This document shows positions 1 to 9,121 of a stretch of 64,000 nt of DNA, piece after piece (position 1 is the first letter of the stretch; the number at the start of each line of letters is the position of its first letter). This stretch comes from Candidatus Flemingiibacterium sp. (GTDB lineage Bacteria > Bacillota > Clostridia > Oscillospirales > CAG-272). Made by a program: the position numbers and the translations under genes. The notes under the pieces were generated by a model. The model was given only the letters and a program-made list of their open reading frames with translations. It made no database searches and was not told the DNA's origin. The stretch is taken from the NCBI GenBank assembly GCA_045586505.1, contig JAZNAL010000035.1, positions 13,866-77,865 on the forward strand, written 5' to 3'.

Positions 1-600
1 GAAGTAACCCACTCGCATCTGCTTTGTAACTCCGTATGTGCCGGAGTCATCAACCCAACCGTCCGCAGGCAGGTGGGCGATGGACGAGATTGGCTTTGAC
101 TCACTTGCTATCTCAGCCTTGTCCGCCTCAGTGAGCGCATATGTATCACCGTCCATGACCTCGAACGATTTTTCACCGCTTGCATCATAGAATGTGACTC
201 TGTGACCGCCGTCGATATCGTTTATGTCGACCTTTTGCATATCTATTATCTGCTGAAATATATTTGGCGTTGGCTCTTTCGCGCTGTCACCGGGAGTTGT
301 ACCGAAATGGACCATTATTGGCGGCGCCCAAAGTGTAGGACGGATCTGGTTTAAGCTAAAGCCATACACACCTATTTGCATATACCCGCCTTTTTTTACG
401 CACTCCCATGGGATATCGCACTTATCATTTTCCAGTGCTTTTTCCTTAACTTCATATCCGCTATTGAAAACAGCAATCTTTGTGTACCCGTCCCATGAAT
501 GATCAAATATAAATTCAACATTATATACATTGACAGAGCCCGCCACAATAGTCTCATCCTCGATGATGGTAACATTTACACCATTTACATCGAATTTCAT
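1..600 (-). CDS. BppU-like baseplate upper / tail fibre protein (5' part, runs off window)
   Basis: Not in ORF track. ATG at 600 after GAGGGGAAGG; reads MKFDVNGVNVTIIEDETIVAGSVNVYNVEFIFDHSWDGYTKIAVF...CDIPWECV...IGVYG, a BppU N-terminal-like pattern; open to position 1. Confidence 0.7.
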   Translation of the reverse strand, partial: MKFDVNGVNVTIIEDETIVAGSVNVYNVEFIFDHSWDGYTKIAVFNSGYEVKEKALENDKCDIPWECVKKGGYMQIGVYGFSLNQIRPTLWAPPIMVHFGTTPGDSAKEPTPNIFQQIIDMQKVDINDIDGGHRVTFYDASGEKSFEVMDGDTYALTEADKAEIASESKPISSIAHLPADGWVDDSGTYGVTKQMRVGYF

Positions 601-617
601 AATGCCGCACCTTCCCC

Positions 618-1001
618 TCATTCAAAAATCCAGCATTTATAGGGCTCATGTGATGTTTTCACTTCAATACCATCATCACCACGAAAAATGATCTCTACTT
701 TACCGCTGTACTCATTAAATGTTACAATATCTGTAGTACCCTCCGCATAGTGTACACCCCCCCAAGTACCAGTATTATTATCGTAGTCATAAAACACAAG
801 ACATGCGTTGCCATTATCATAATACAACGACACAAGGTTGCCAACAAAGGGGTACATAACAAAGCCTTGTAATAATATGAGGAATCGCTTTTTCCGTTTT
901 AATTCATCAAGATAAAACCAAGAGCGATCAGGATCAGTTGTAAATTCTATAGCTTCAACCGCCGACCCGCCGTTTCTGCGGGTTATAAATGCCTCTCCCA
1001 T
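618..1001 (-). CDS. Hypothetical tail-fibre-associated protein, AT-rich
   Basis: 127 aa ORF, start overlaps the stop of the tail fibre gene; aromatic, beta-strand-like composition. Confidence 0.7.
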   Translation of the reverse strand: MGEAFITRRNGGSAVEAIEFTTDPDRSWFYLDELKRKKRFLILLQGFVMYPFVGNLVSLYYDNGNACLVFYDYDNNTGTWGGVHYAEGTTDIVTFNEYSGKVEIIFRGDDGIEVKTSHEPYKCWIFE

Positions 1002-1801
1002 TATCTCACCACCTTGAGTCTGATTGTAAAGTTACTTGTCGGACAAGTGGGCGCATACAGCGTAATAGAATTCTTCGCTGTCTTTACTCTATCGACACGC
1101 GCCCAAGCTTCCTTGAAAAGCTCGTTTGCGTTAAGATCATCACCGAGAAGCACGTCAACGTCAGGAACGTCAGTTTCAAGTACGCCCTCAATCGTGACCG
1201 TCTGCATATATCCGCCTTTTTCTGCAACTGACGTCCAATCCGTAATGCTGATATGTACGTCGTCGAAGATTATCGGCTTTGAAGCGAACGTACCTGGATG
1301 TGCATCCGCGTCGCTGTTGTGCGCGGCAATTAAACCCGTAACTTCGTCATAACCAATAGTGTTTAACGACGGATTTATTGTAAATGTCAACATGGAAGAA
1401 TCGGCAACGACTATATGCATTAAAATCGTGAGTTTGCCAGAGATGCCCGCCGAACTGTTTACCTTCTCAGTGTCCGGAGTGTTGCAAATAGCAATTAAAT
1501 TGCCCTCTCCGTCAAACAACCCTACTTCTCGCACCGTAAAGGTCTCTGTATCGTCAGCGATAATCACTTTGACATCGAACATATTTGGGTTAACGGTATT
1601 AATACCAACAGCGGCAATTTCACCTCGCCATCTCTCGTTTTTTAATGAGTTTTGATCTGCGGTGGGCACATAGTATGTTCCGTCGCCATCACCCGCGGCG
1701 GCTTGCGTTATATTAAGCTTTTTCCCGTTAAGCAAGCAGTCCGCTATCATTGATGCACCGACAGTAGTTATTACTGTGCTATATTTGTTAGGCATTTTCA
1801 T
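1001..1801 (-). CDS. Phage tail-collar fibre protein (DUF3751-like)
   Basis: N-terminal ITTVGASMIADC...AAGDGDG...FTVREVGLFDGEGNLIAICNTP pattern, HNSDADAH motif; follows baseplate genes. Confidence 0.85.
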   Translation of the reverse strand: MKMPNKYSTVITTVGASMIADCLLNGKKLNITQAAAGDGDGTYYVPTADQNSLKNERWRGEIAAVGINTVNPNMFDVKVIIADDTETFTVREVGLFDGEGNLIAICNTPDTEKVNSSAGISGKLTILMHIVVADSSMLTFTINPSLNTIGYDEVTGLIAAHNSDADAHPGTFASKPIIFDDVHISITDWTSVAEKGGYMQTVTIEGVLETDVPDVDVLLGDDLNANELFKEAWARVDRVKTAKNSITLYAPTCPTSNFTIRLKVVR

Positions 1802-2340
1802 CCTCCTAATGGAAATATTTCTATGGTATTATTGTACTCTGACGCACCTGTAAACACAGTTGCATTGCCATAAGACTGTAAGAACGCCGTGAGCATGATC
1901 TCCATATTTGCAGGACGTACGGCTAGCAACATATTGAGTATCTCCTTTGCAAGGTTGTCCGCATCAGGTAGCGTGTCATAGTCCAGCTGTACGTCAATGG
2001 TATAATCACAAATTGAAACTTCATACCCCATCGGTCCGCAAAGTCCAGAAAGCCACTTTTTAAGCCAAGGAATCGAGTATGGAACGTCTAAATTCCATTT
2101 TGCCTTTATGCGCGCCTTTCGTGCGTCGAGGGAATCTGTTCCTTTCGGGAGCAAATGCAGTTCTTGTTCCCAAATACTCACTCCAAGTTCCGTTGCGCTC
2201 TCAAGGAATAGGTTGGCAAGCAAAAGAGCGTATGCATCCCACGCGAGTGATAGTTCTGGTTCAACAGCCTTATTTATCTCTCTAAACTCTCGTACATCTC
2301 GAAGGACAGGCGGAAGATAGTCAATAAGATTTTTATCCAT
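1798..2340 (-). CDS. Baseplate wedge protein, XkdU/YmfQ-like
   Basis: LIDYLPPVL...FLESATELGVSIWEQ...RKARIKAKW...RPAN; lies after baseplate J. Confidence 0.85.
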   Translation of the reverse strand: MDKNLIDYLPPVLRDVREFREINKAVEPELSLAWDAYALLLANLFLESATELGVSIWEQELHLLPKGTDSLDARKARIKAKWNLDVPYSIPWLKKWLSGLCGPMGYEVSICDYTIDVQLDYDTLPDADNLAKEILNMLLAVRPANMEIMLTAFLQSYGNATVFTGASEYNNTIEIFPLGG

Positions 2341-3544
2341 CGATATTACCTCGTACAGGTATGCTGTCAGCAGGCAACGAAAGGTTAGCCTCTTCGCCGT
2401 TTATCTTTGTGCCACTAATATCGGTGATCATTGTGCTGCACGCGGCAAGGATTCTGCTTTCTATTTGGGAAATACGAACAACAAGCTGGTTTGAGTTCGC
2501 CCATTCTGTTGCTAGTTCTGAGAAATAATCATCTATAACCTTTTCTATGTAGCTCCGTGATGAGGAAAAATTCCATCCAGCAGCATACGTAAGATTCAGT
2601 GTAATATTAACAGCCTCAGCCCCCACACTGCAAACATTTACCACATGCCCTATAGGAGCGAGCCCTAACCCTTCCCCAGCATTTTGCTCGGGGTCAACGA
2701 TCGTTTGTATCTCGTTGATGAAGGCATCTGATGGCACCGCATTACCGGAAGACATAACTACAAGCTTTACTGTTCCGCCAATTGTCAACAGTTTATTATC
2801 TGCAGCTGTGAATACGGAGGTCAACCATGCCGCCACATCGCCTTCCAGTGTCGTTATAATACTTTCATACCATTCCCGCACTACCTCACTTGGAATAAGC
2901 GAGGAGGGGGATATACCACCGTTCCAAACAGGATGGACTTTAACTGCACCTACGCCCTTTATTGCAGTCACTTTTTCAACATAATCGGCGATGTTCCCTC
3001 CGAATGCTTGTGATTGATAACTATTAAGCAGCCTTTGACGAAGTACTTCGGTATCTTCTTCGTCATCGCCAGGGACAATAAGTTCTACCAGTTCCGCATA
3101 AGTCAGACCGTTGATATACTCTATAGGAATCAACCGTCCTGCGTAGCCATTGGCTATGGTCCCCTTTGTCTCGCACTCAACCTTGTAGCTTATACTGTCA
3201 ATCACGTCGGTAAGTCTTTCTACCGTGACAAAATTGAGATCCTCACAAGAGAATCTCGTCCCAATCGGTATATCTTTATTGAATTCCGCGCGAAAAACAG
3301 CAGCGCTAGCAGATTTGATTGGCATATTACGTTCTTCTGCACGTTTTATCAAAAACTCGCGCGGCATTGTGTGTATTGACATTAATGTTAATATAAATTC
3401 AAGACCGATATACAGCTGCGCCAGCTCGGCCATTGAAGGCGCGACCCCGTTCATCACCATAGATCCTTCTCGTTTATCAACAGAAGGACTCACTCTCGCG
3501 AGCGCGTTCGCGAGTAAAGCTTCATAAGTTTGCCCCTCGAACAT
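2333..3544 (-). CDS. Baseplate J/gp47 family protein (XkdT-like)
   Basis: DKREGS, PGDDEEDTEVLRQR, FGGNIADY, GLAPIGHVV motifs. Confidence 0.92.
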   Translation of the reverse strand: MFEGQTYEALLANALARVSPSVDKREGSMVMNGVAPSMAELAQLYIGLEFILTLMSIHTMPREFLIKRAEERNMPIKSASAAVFRAEFNKDIPIGTRFSCEDLNFVTVERLTDVIDSISYKVECETKGTIANGYAGRLIPIEYINGLTYAELVELIVPGDDEEDTEVLRQRLLNSYQSQAFGGNIADYVEKVTAIKGVGAVKVHPVWNGGISPSSLIPSEVVREWYESIITTLEGDVAAWLTSVFTAADNKLLTIGGTVKLVVMSSGNAVPSDAFINEIQTIVDPEQNAGEGLGLAPIGHVVNVCSVGAEAVNITLNLTYAAGWNFSSSRSYIEKVIDDYFSELATEWANSNQLVVRISQIESRILAACSTMITDISGTKINGEEANLSLPADSIPVRGNIDG

Positions 3545-3546
3545 AT

Positions 3547-3966
3547 TTATACATCCACCTCCTTTGTGGTCTCTACATCGCCGTATATCGTATGCACTGT
3601 AAAGACAACACGTACAGCACTGTTTAAGTTTTCAAAAGCCCACCCGTCAACGCTCTTTATTCTATCGTCCACGAGTAACGCCTCTGTGATACGGCGTTCT
3701 ATTTCGCTCATAGCATAGTCACGCGGTTTACCGATGAGATCATTAAGCTCGACACCATAGTTGCGAGAATATATCGGGTATTTATATCTCTCAATACTAA
3801 GTGCAAGATAGACAGCTTGCAACACAGCATCAGCCTTATCTGTAACCCCTCTAACACAACCGCGCTCGATATCAAGTTTGTAAGTGTGCCCCGGAAGTTT
3901 AACATTACTAAATACGGCATCATCTACATCGGCGGCTGATACCGGCAAATAATTTAATTCAGCCAT
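3547..3966 (-). CDS. XkdS-like / DUF2634 baseplate protein
   Basis: QAVYLALSIERYKYPIYSRNYGVEL...ITEALLVDDRI motif; start placed at MAELN. Confidence 0.88.
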   Translation of the reverse strand: MAELNYLPVSAADVDDAVFSNVKLPGHTYKLDIERGCVRGVTDKADAVLQAVYLALSIERYKYPIYSRNYGVELNDLIGKPRDYAMSEIERRITEALLVDDRIKSVDGWAFENLNSAVRVVFTVHTIYGDVETTKEVDV

Positions 3967-3974
3967 TGGCCGTG

Positions 3975-4361
3975 TCACCTCACTCTATCCAAAACAATAA
4001 ATTTCTGCCCGCCATCACAGCGCAAAAGAAAAACTTTTTCACCGGCATTAAGTCCAAGATGTACACGAAAGCGCTTGCGTCCCTCATACTTGTGCGCGTG
4101 TTCGTCGTAGGCACCCTCTCCTGCACCGCCGCTTTCTGTTTCCGTAATGTGCTCCACTGTCATTTCGACATCGAAATCGCGTACTGCGCTTGTTAAAACG
4201 AGCTGGGCATCCGTAAGAATCAACTTTTGATCCACTCTTATTAGCAATGGACTGACCGATTCAACTTCGCCTAAATAGTAAGCCATGGGTTTTTGTGCCA
4301 TCACCGCATCCAGCGCGGCGTGCTTAACCGCTTTGATAAGTTTGCTTATATCAAGTGACAA
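3975..4361 (-). CDS. XkdR-like / DUF2577 baseplate spike-type protein
   Basis: GEVESVSPLLIRVDQKLIL...HAHKY...GEKVFLLRCDGGQKFIVLDR; TTG start inferred. Confidence 0.85.
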   Translation of the reverse strand: MSLDISKLIKAVKHAALDAVMAQKPMAYYLGEVESVSPLLIRVDQKLILTDAQLVLTSAVRDFDVEMTVEHITETESGGAGEGAYDEHAHKYEGRKRFRVHLGLNAGEKVFLLRCDGGQKFIVLDRVR

Positions 4362-5316
4362 ATGTACCACCCCGCAATCCAAGATCCATAAGGTGCTGTC
4401 CTTCCTTAAAGCAGTGTTTTACTTGCTCAACTAACAGAAAATTCGATACTATAGTATCGCCTAGATCGAGCATCACCACAAGAGTTGTGCCTCCGCGCAC
4501 CCGTATATCGCCAAGAGCATCTTTCACCTTAAGTGTTCGGGTTTTGGTATTGTAAAGCTTCAATAGCGCATCGGCCATCGCTTTTGCGTTAGCAGCACTA
4601 CTAAGCTTTTCATAATATTGCAGTACGCCCCAGCGGTTAATGTTTGCGCCATCCTGTGCTATAAACAGCTGGCGTTTCCCTGCATCACTGTCTTCGTAAA
4701 CCAACTTGATTCGGTTGTATGTATTGCCGCTTATGCTTGTCTTGTAATCAAAATCACCGACAGTCTCATTATCGAGCACAATACCGAGACGCATGTTTTT
4801 AATGTTTTTAAGCGTAAGCTTGCCGGCGAGGTCATAGAGCACATACATTTGTGTTTTGGCAGTCAGGGTCTCATCCAGTGCGGTTTGGATAATATCCATA
4901 AGGCTTACATCATCCTCTGTTCTGGACGCGATTTTATAACCCGTGTCTTCGAGAGAACCGACATTTAGTCCGAAGTCTTCAGCAATCATACGCACAACAT
5001 CAGTAGCAGTCTTGTTACTATATACGTAGGTATCTTTGTTTCGCAGATAAAACAATTGGTCATAAACGGTAACCTTAATAAGCTCTGGTTTACTGCCCAC
5101 GCGTGACTTATCAAAAACGAACCCAAAAAACGCGAGTGTCCCATCAACAGAAAACCCACACGCGTCACCCTCCTCGAAGCTGAGGCTTTCAGTCTTAACC
5201 ACCTCAAAAGTAAGCTTACCCGGCTGTCCTTGCCGTTCCCACTTCACTGTCACCCCATCCGCCACGGGTGGATACATACGAGTATCGCCGTGTTGTATAT
5301 AAAGTTCATATGTCAT
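4351..5316 (-). CDS. XkdQ-like baseplate hub protein
   Basis: PGKLTFEV, YDQLFYLRNKDTYVY, WGVLQY motifs; start reassigned to MTYEL after GGAGG. Confidence 0.9.
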   Translation of the reverse strand: MTYELYIQHGDTRMYPPVADGVTVKWERQGQPGKLTFEVVKTESLSFEEGDACGFSVDGTLAFFGFVFDKSRVGSKPELIKVTVYDQLFYLRNKDTYVYSNKTATDVVRMIAEDFGLNVGSLEDTGYKIASRTEDDVSLMDIIQTALDETLTAKTQMYVLYDLAGKLTLKNIKNMRLGIVLDNETVGDFDYKTSISGNTYNRIKLVYEDSDAGKRQLFIAQDGANINRWGVLQYYEKLSSAANAKAMADALLKLYNTKTRTLKVKDALGDIRVRGGTTLVVMLDLGDTIVSNFLLVEQVKHCFKEGQHLMDLGLRGGTFVT

Positions 5317-5320
5317 TTTC

Positions 5321-5974
5321 TCATACCTCCGGTATAGTAAGCACCTGTCCGACAAGTATGGTGTTGGGATCTGTAAGGATGTTTTTGTTAGCTTCATATA
5401 TAACGGTGTATTTAGCACCATCGCCATAATACTTTTTCGCTATGCTCCACAGTGTGTCACCCGCTTGTACAGGGTGGGAATCCGCTTTGGGCGCACCAGA
5501 GTCGTCGCGTTCAACAGTTATACTTACAGCTTGACCTGACCCGCTCGCAGATCCTACATCGCTTACAGTTATAGTTTTTGTGCTATGATCACGATACTGC
5601 TTAAGGGATACCTCTACCGAAAGATCAAGTCCATTTTTTGCATCTTCTTTAATCGTGTAGTCTTCAACGCTAACCTTGATGTCTGTGTTAAATAACAACG
5701 CCCCATCCGGCGCGGTTCGAAGCATTTTGAACCGCGTTGTAGCTTTCTCAATTTTTAGTCTCTCAAGTTCATTGAGATAATACTCCGGACGATGTACGCC
5801 ATCAAGCATAGGGAGTACAAGTGGCAAAGTAATTTCAGTGAGCCCTGGGGCTCTCAGAAAGTTTATATCGCCTTCGTTTAGTAGGGTAAGCGTCTGATTC
5901 TTACCTTTTATTTTCGTTGTGAGCTTGGCGGGGGTAGGCATAAGCATCTCCCCCAAGTAGCAATTATATGCCAT
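5321..5974 (-). CDS. XkdP-like LysM-domain tail protein
   Basis: C-terminal LysM HPVQAGDTLWSIAKKYYGDGAKYTVIYEAN...GQVLTIP. Confidence 0.92.
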   Translation of the reverse strand: MAYNCYLGEMLMPTPAKLTTKIKGKNQTLTLLNEGDINFLRAPGLTEITLPLVLPMLDGVHRPEYYLNELERLKIEKATTRFKMLRTAPDGALLFNTDIKVSVEDYTIKEDAKNGLDLSVEVSLKQYRDHSTKTITVSDVGSASGSGQAVSITVERDDSGAPKADSHPVQAGDTLWSIAKKYYGDGAKYTVIYEANKNILTDPNTILVGQVLTIPEV

Positions 5975-7952
5975 CGTTATGTACCCCCTCTGATGCCGTA
6001 GACAGCGCTTCAACAAAGCCATCTGTGAGTTGAGCTACCACGCCGTCTATATCCATAGAGCTGTCAATGCGGTTTGTCATGCCTGTCATATCGATCTTAA
6101 CTTCGGCAGTTGTAAATCTGTTTATTGCTTCCTGTTCAGCTATGTCGCGGAGATATGCGAGCTCATCCTGGGTTTTATCGCCGGTGCTTGCAAGCATAGA
6201 CGTATCTTCTTCTATACCTCCAAGATAATCCGTAACCGCGGTACTATCAAAGATTCCTTCCAGATTTTCACCAGCACTATAGCCTGAATTCCATGCATCC
6301 GTATACGCCCAGCGCTCAAGCCCCAACCCTTCAACTGAAAGATCCAAGTTGCTTATAACATCTTGATAATTCTCATTCGGTGCATATTCTGCAACCAGCG
6401 CATCCGCTTCGTCTTTTAAGCCATCACGCCAGCCTTGTACGGTATCAGCCATATTGGAACCGAAAACAAAATCAAGAGCCGAGGCAATTTTTTGGAGTGT
6501 CGCAAGTACATTGTCGGCCATACCCTGGAACAAATAGATAATCGAGGAAACAGGGTTTGTAAACACATTCCCTATAAAGTTTGCAATCTCGATAAAGGGG
6601 TTAATAAGGTAGTTAATTATCCCAAGCACGTATTCAAGCAAGCCAAGAAAACGATTCCAAATGAATGCACCTGCAGCGGCTAGAGCACCAACTATAACAC
6701 CGGTAGCTGATACACTGGTATTTTGGGCTTTATTTACCGCGTCTATGACAAAGTATATCAGTGCAACAATGGCGACGACAATCAGTATGATCCATGTAAG
6801 CGGACAAGCCAAGAGTGCTGCATTAAGCGCCATTTGTGCAACATTATACGCAATAACCGCCGCAGTAATCCCGACTAAGATCGGGCAGATCCAGCTCCAA
6901 TTAGCTACAAAGAAATCGTACACACCGATTGCTAAATCAAGCATCACACCTAGAGCGTTACTAAGCAGCGTAACCGCGTTCGTAGTGGCGTTAACTGCGC
7001 CCTGCACACGATCGTCATTAGCTAAAGCACTTATCTTCTGCAGAAGTGGATCTAGTGCTACAACCGCGCGATTACTTATATTAGTCCACACTTGCGACCA
7101 CGTCATTGGAATTTGTTCGAGGTTTTTTTCGACATCAGAAGCAGATTCAAATACTGCAGCTTTTATTACATCTGCCGTAAGCATCCCCTCGGATGCCCAC
7201 TCTTTCATCGTGCCGGTTGCCCCCTTGACCTTAATCATGTAATCTTCGATACTCTTGGCAAGCAGAGGTGCGTTCTCGATTATAGATCTATACTCATCGC
7301 CCTGCAAACGCCCTGAACTCATCGCCTGGGTAAGCTGGTACATTGCACTCGCCTGCTCGGTAATAGACGCGCCACCGACGATAAAGTTTTTATTGAGAAC
7401 CTCGGTGAATTTTATTATTTCGTCCGTTCCACTGAACGCTTCTTTCGCGGTAATTCCGAGCTTTGAAACGGTGGACATGACATCTGTATAATCAGCTCGT
7501 GCGCTTTGCGCAGAAGCATAGATCTTTGCCTTGAGATCGTCTACGCTTCCGTCGTCGTCAATAAGCAGATCCAAACGCGCAGTCGAATTAGATATCGTGT
7601 CTGACAGTCCGACGAGTTGCTTTACGCTGTTTACGCCAACATAAGCCGTCGCAATGCCCTTGATTTTATTTAGAAAACCGTCTGCGCTACTTGTTCCCGC
7701 GCTGATTTTTCGGTTTAATTTATCCTGTTGATCGTTAATATTACGATAATTTGTCTCAATCTCGTTGAGTCGGGCATCTGCTACGCCGAGTTCTGCGCGT
7801 ATTTTCGAGAAGCTTTGCACGTCGACGGCTTTACCGGATGCACGTTGTACTGCCTCAAGGTTTCCCAGCATAAGCTTCATAGCATTGTTTATGTGACGCA
7901 GCACTGGCGTCATACCGTCGTTGAGCGACAGTTTAGTCCTTACACCGGCCAT
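5964..7952 (-). CDS. Tail tape measure protein
   Basis: QLTQAMSSGRLQGDEYRSIIENAP tape-measure motif, hydrophobic helical middle, located after the chaperone genes. Confidence 0.93.
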   Translation of the reverse strand: MAGVRTKLSLNDGMTPVLRHINNAMKLMLGNLEAVQRASGKAVDVQSFSKIRAELGVADARLNEIETNYRNINDQQDKLNRKISAGTSSADGFLNKIKGIATAYVGVNSVKQLVGLSDTISNSTARLDLLIDDDGSVDDLKAKIYASAQSARADYTDVMSTVSKLGITAKEAFSGTDEIIKFTEVLNKNFIVGGASITEQASAMYQLTQAMSSGRLQGDEYRSIIENAPLLAKSIEDYMIKVKGATGTMKEWASEGMLTADVIKAAVFESASDVEKNLEQIPMTWSQVWTNISNRAVVALDPLLQKISALANDDRVQGAVNATTNAVTLLSNALGVMLDLAIGVYDFFVANWSWICPILVGITAAVIAYNVAQMALNAALLACPLTWIILIVVAIVALIYFVIDAVNKAQNTSVSATGVIVGALAAAGAFIWNRFLGLLEYVLGIINYLINPFIEIANFIGNVFTNPVSSIIYLFQGMADNVLATLQKIASALDFVFGSNMADTVQGWRDGLKDEADALVAEYAPNENYQDVISNLDLSVEGLGLERWAYTDAWNSGYSAGENLEGIFDSTAVTDYLGGIEEDTSMLASTGDKTQDELAYLRDIAEQEAINRFTTAEVKIDMTGMTNRIDSSMDIDGVVAQLTDGFVEALSTASEGVHNDGI

Positions 7953-7997
7953 AGGTACCTCCTTCCAGGCAAAGTGATGCGGAGCGAATGCTCCGCA

Positions 7998-8183
7998 TCA
8001 TCTACGCCTTTTTGTTTTCCGCCTCATAGCGGCGTCCTCTTTTTTCTCTTTATCGATTCTCACATCGATAGCCGCTACTACAAACGCCATCTCGTATGGA
8101 TCAAGAGCTAAAAATTCGGACGGCTTCCAGCGAAACTTGTGGAGGGCGTAGTAGGCATAGTTTGCCTCTATCTCGCCCTCCAA
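7998..8183 (-). CDS. Tail assembly chaperone C-terminal segment (gpT-like, probably reached by -1 frameshift)
   Basis: In the -1 frame relative to the XkdN-like gene, directly after slippery A AAA AAC. Confidence 0.75.
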   Translation of the reverse strand: MEGEIEANYAYYALHKFRWKPSEFLALDPYEMAFVVAAIDVRIDKEKKEDAAMRRKTKRRR

Positions 8184-8185
8184 TA

Positions 8186-8614
8186 TTAGTTTTTTGCGTC
8201 GTCAACAAGTTCGCCCATATCCTTGAAACCGTTATGCTCCAAGATTACGGATACAAGCCCGTCGAACTCACCAGAGTTAAGCATCACCGATACGAGCTGC
8301 TCGGCACCCATTACGCCGTAGCTCTCCTGGAGACCTGCATCGTTGAGGTCAGGATAAACTACGCAACGCGCGGCAAGAGCTGCCTGATACCCGGTGCCGT
8401 CGAACTCCTGCGTGTATTGTCCGCGCTTTCCGGTTACGGGTATATTCCTGGTGTGGGTTTTGCGGAGCTTCTGGTTTTCCCCCGCGCTGATGCAACAGAT
8501 CTCCCACTCGATGGGCTTGCCGTCCTCACCGACAAAACGAGGAGAGGTGACATACTTGCGATTTTCGACCTTTACTGCATTCTGCGCCATAAAGGCGCTA
8601 AGTGACTGTGCCAT
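8186..8614 (-). CDS. Tail assembly chaperone, XkdN-like
   Basis: SPRFVGEDGKPIEWEI, VVYPDLNDAGLQESYGVMGAE, ends DAKN. Confidence 0.9.
   Translation of the reverse strand: MAQSLSAFMAQNAVKVENRKYVTSPRFVGEDGKPIEWEICCISAGENQKLRKTHTRNIPVTGKRGQYTQEFDGTGYQAALAARCVVYPDLNDAGLQESYGVMGAEQLVSVMLNSGEFDGLVSVILEHNGFKDMGELVDDAKN
8189..8195 (-). other. Programmed -1 ribosomal frameshift site A AAA AAC
   Basis: Minus strand GC A AAA AAC TAA TAT TGG AGG; the -1 frame reads KLILEGEIEANY. Confidence 0.75.
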
Positions 8615-8633
8615 TTAAATATCCTCCCAAAAA

Positions 8634-9107
8634 TTACATATAAGCTGGGTTTTTGTACTTTTCGCCTCTCGTGTAGCTTCCTGCGAAGCCGCTGATCTCC
8701 TGCTCGATAAAATCATCCTCGCTACCGGCGAGAGAAAGCAGAACATCGCCATCTAGTACGCAGCCATTATAAGACTTGGTGCTGCGTCCCACCGAGGTCG
8801 ACGGGTCCTCGTTTGAGGTCTGAATGTCAAATAACGGCATGACACCCGTTTTAATAAAGGTGTCAAGCACGTCGTCAAAAAACTCGGTGCACTTATAGAT
8901 AGTCATAGTGAAAGAGAGCTCGACGGTCGTAGGCTTCTTGCCCATGATCACCGAGCCCATACGGGGCACATCCTGGTTGGAAATGCTGGCCTTGCCCTCG
9001 AAATTCTTGCACATCAGCATTTTGTAGCGTTTCTCGCCCAACTTAACAAAAACCTCCGCAAACTTGGCCACGGGAGCGTCATTGGTGTTCATAACCTTGT
9101 TATCCAT
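8634..9107 (-). CDS. Tail tube protein, XkdM-like
   Basis: FDIQTSNEDPSTSVGR...YNGCVLDG motif; follows the sheath gene. Confidence 0.88.
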   Translation of the reverse strand: MDNKVMNTNDAPVAKFAEVFVKLGEKRYKMLMCKNFEGKASISNQDVPRMGSVIMGKKPTTVELSFTMTIYKCTEFFDDVLDTFIKTGVMPLFDIQTSNEDPSTSVGRSTKSYNGCVLDGDVLLSLAGSEDDFIEQEISGFAGSYTRGEKYKNPAYM

Positions 9108-9121
9108 TTCGGTTGCCTCCT

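Noticed and set aside
1-1801. Diversity-generating retroelement or invertible tail-fibre cassette
   Set aside because: No reverse transcriptase, invertase or TR/VR repeat pair visible; could still lie beyond the left edge.
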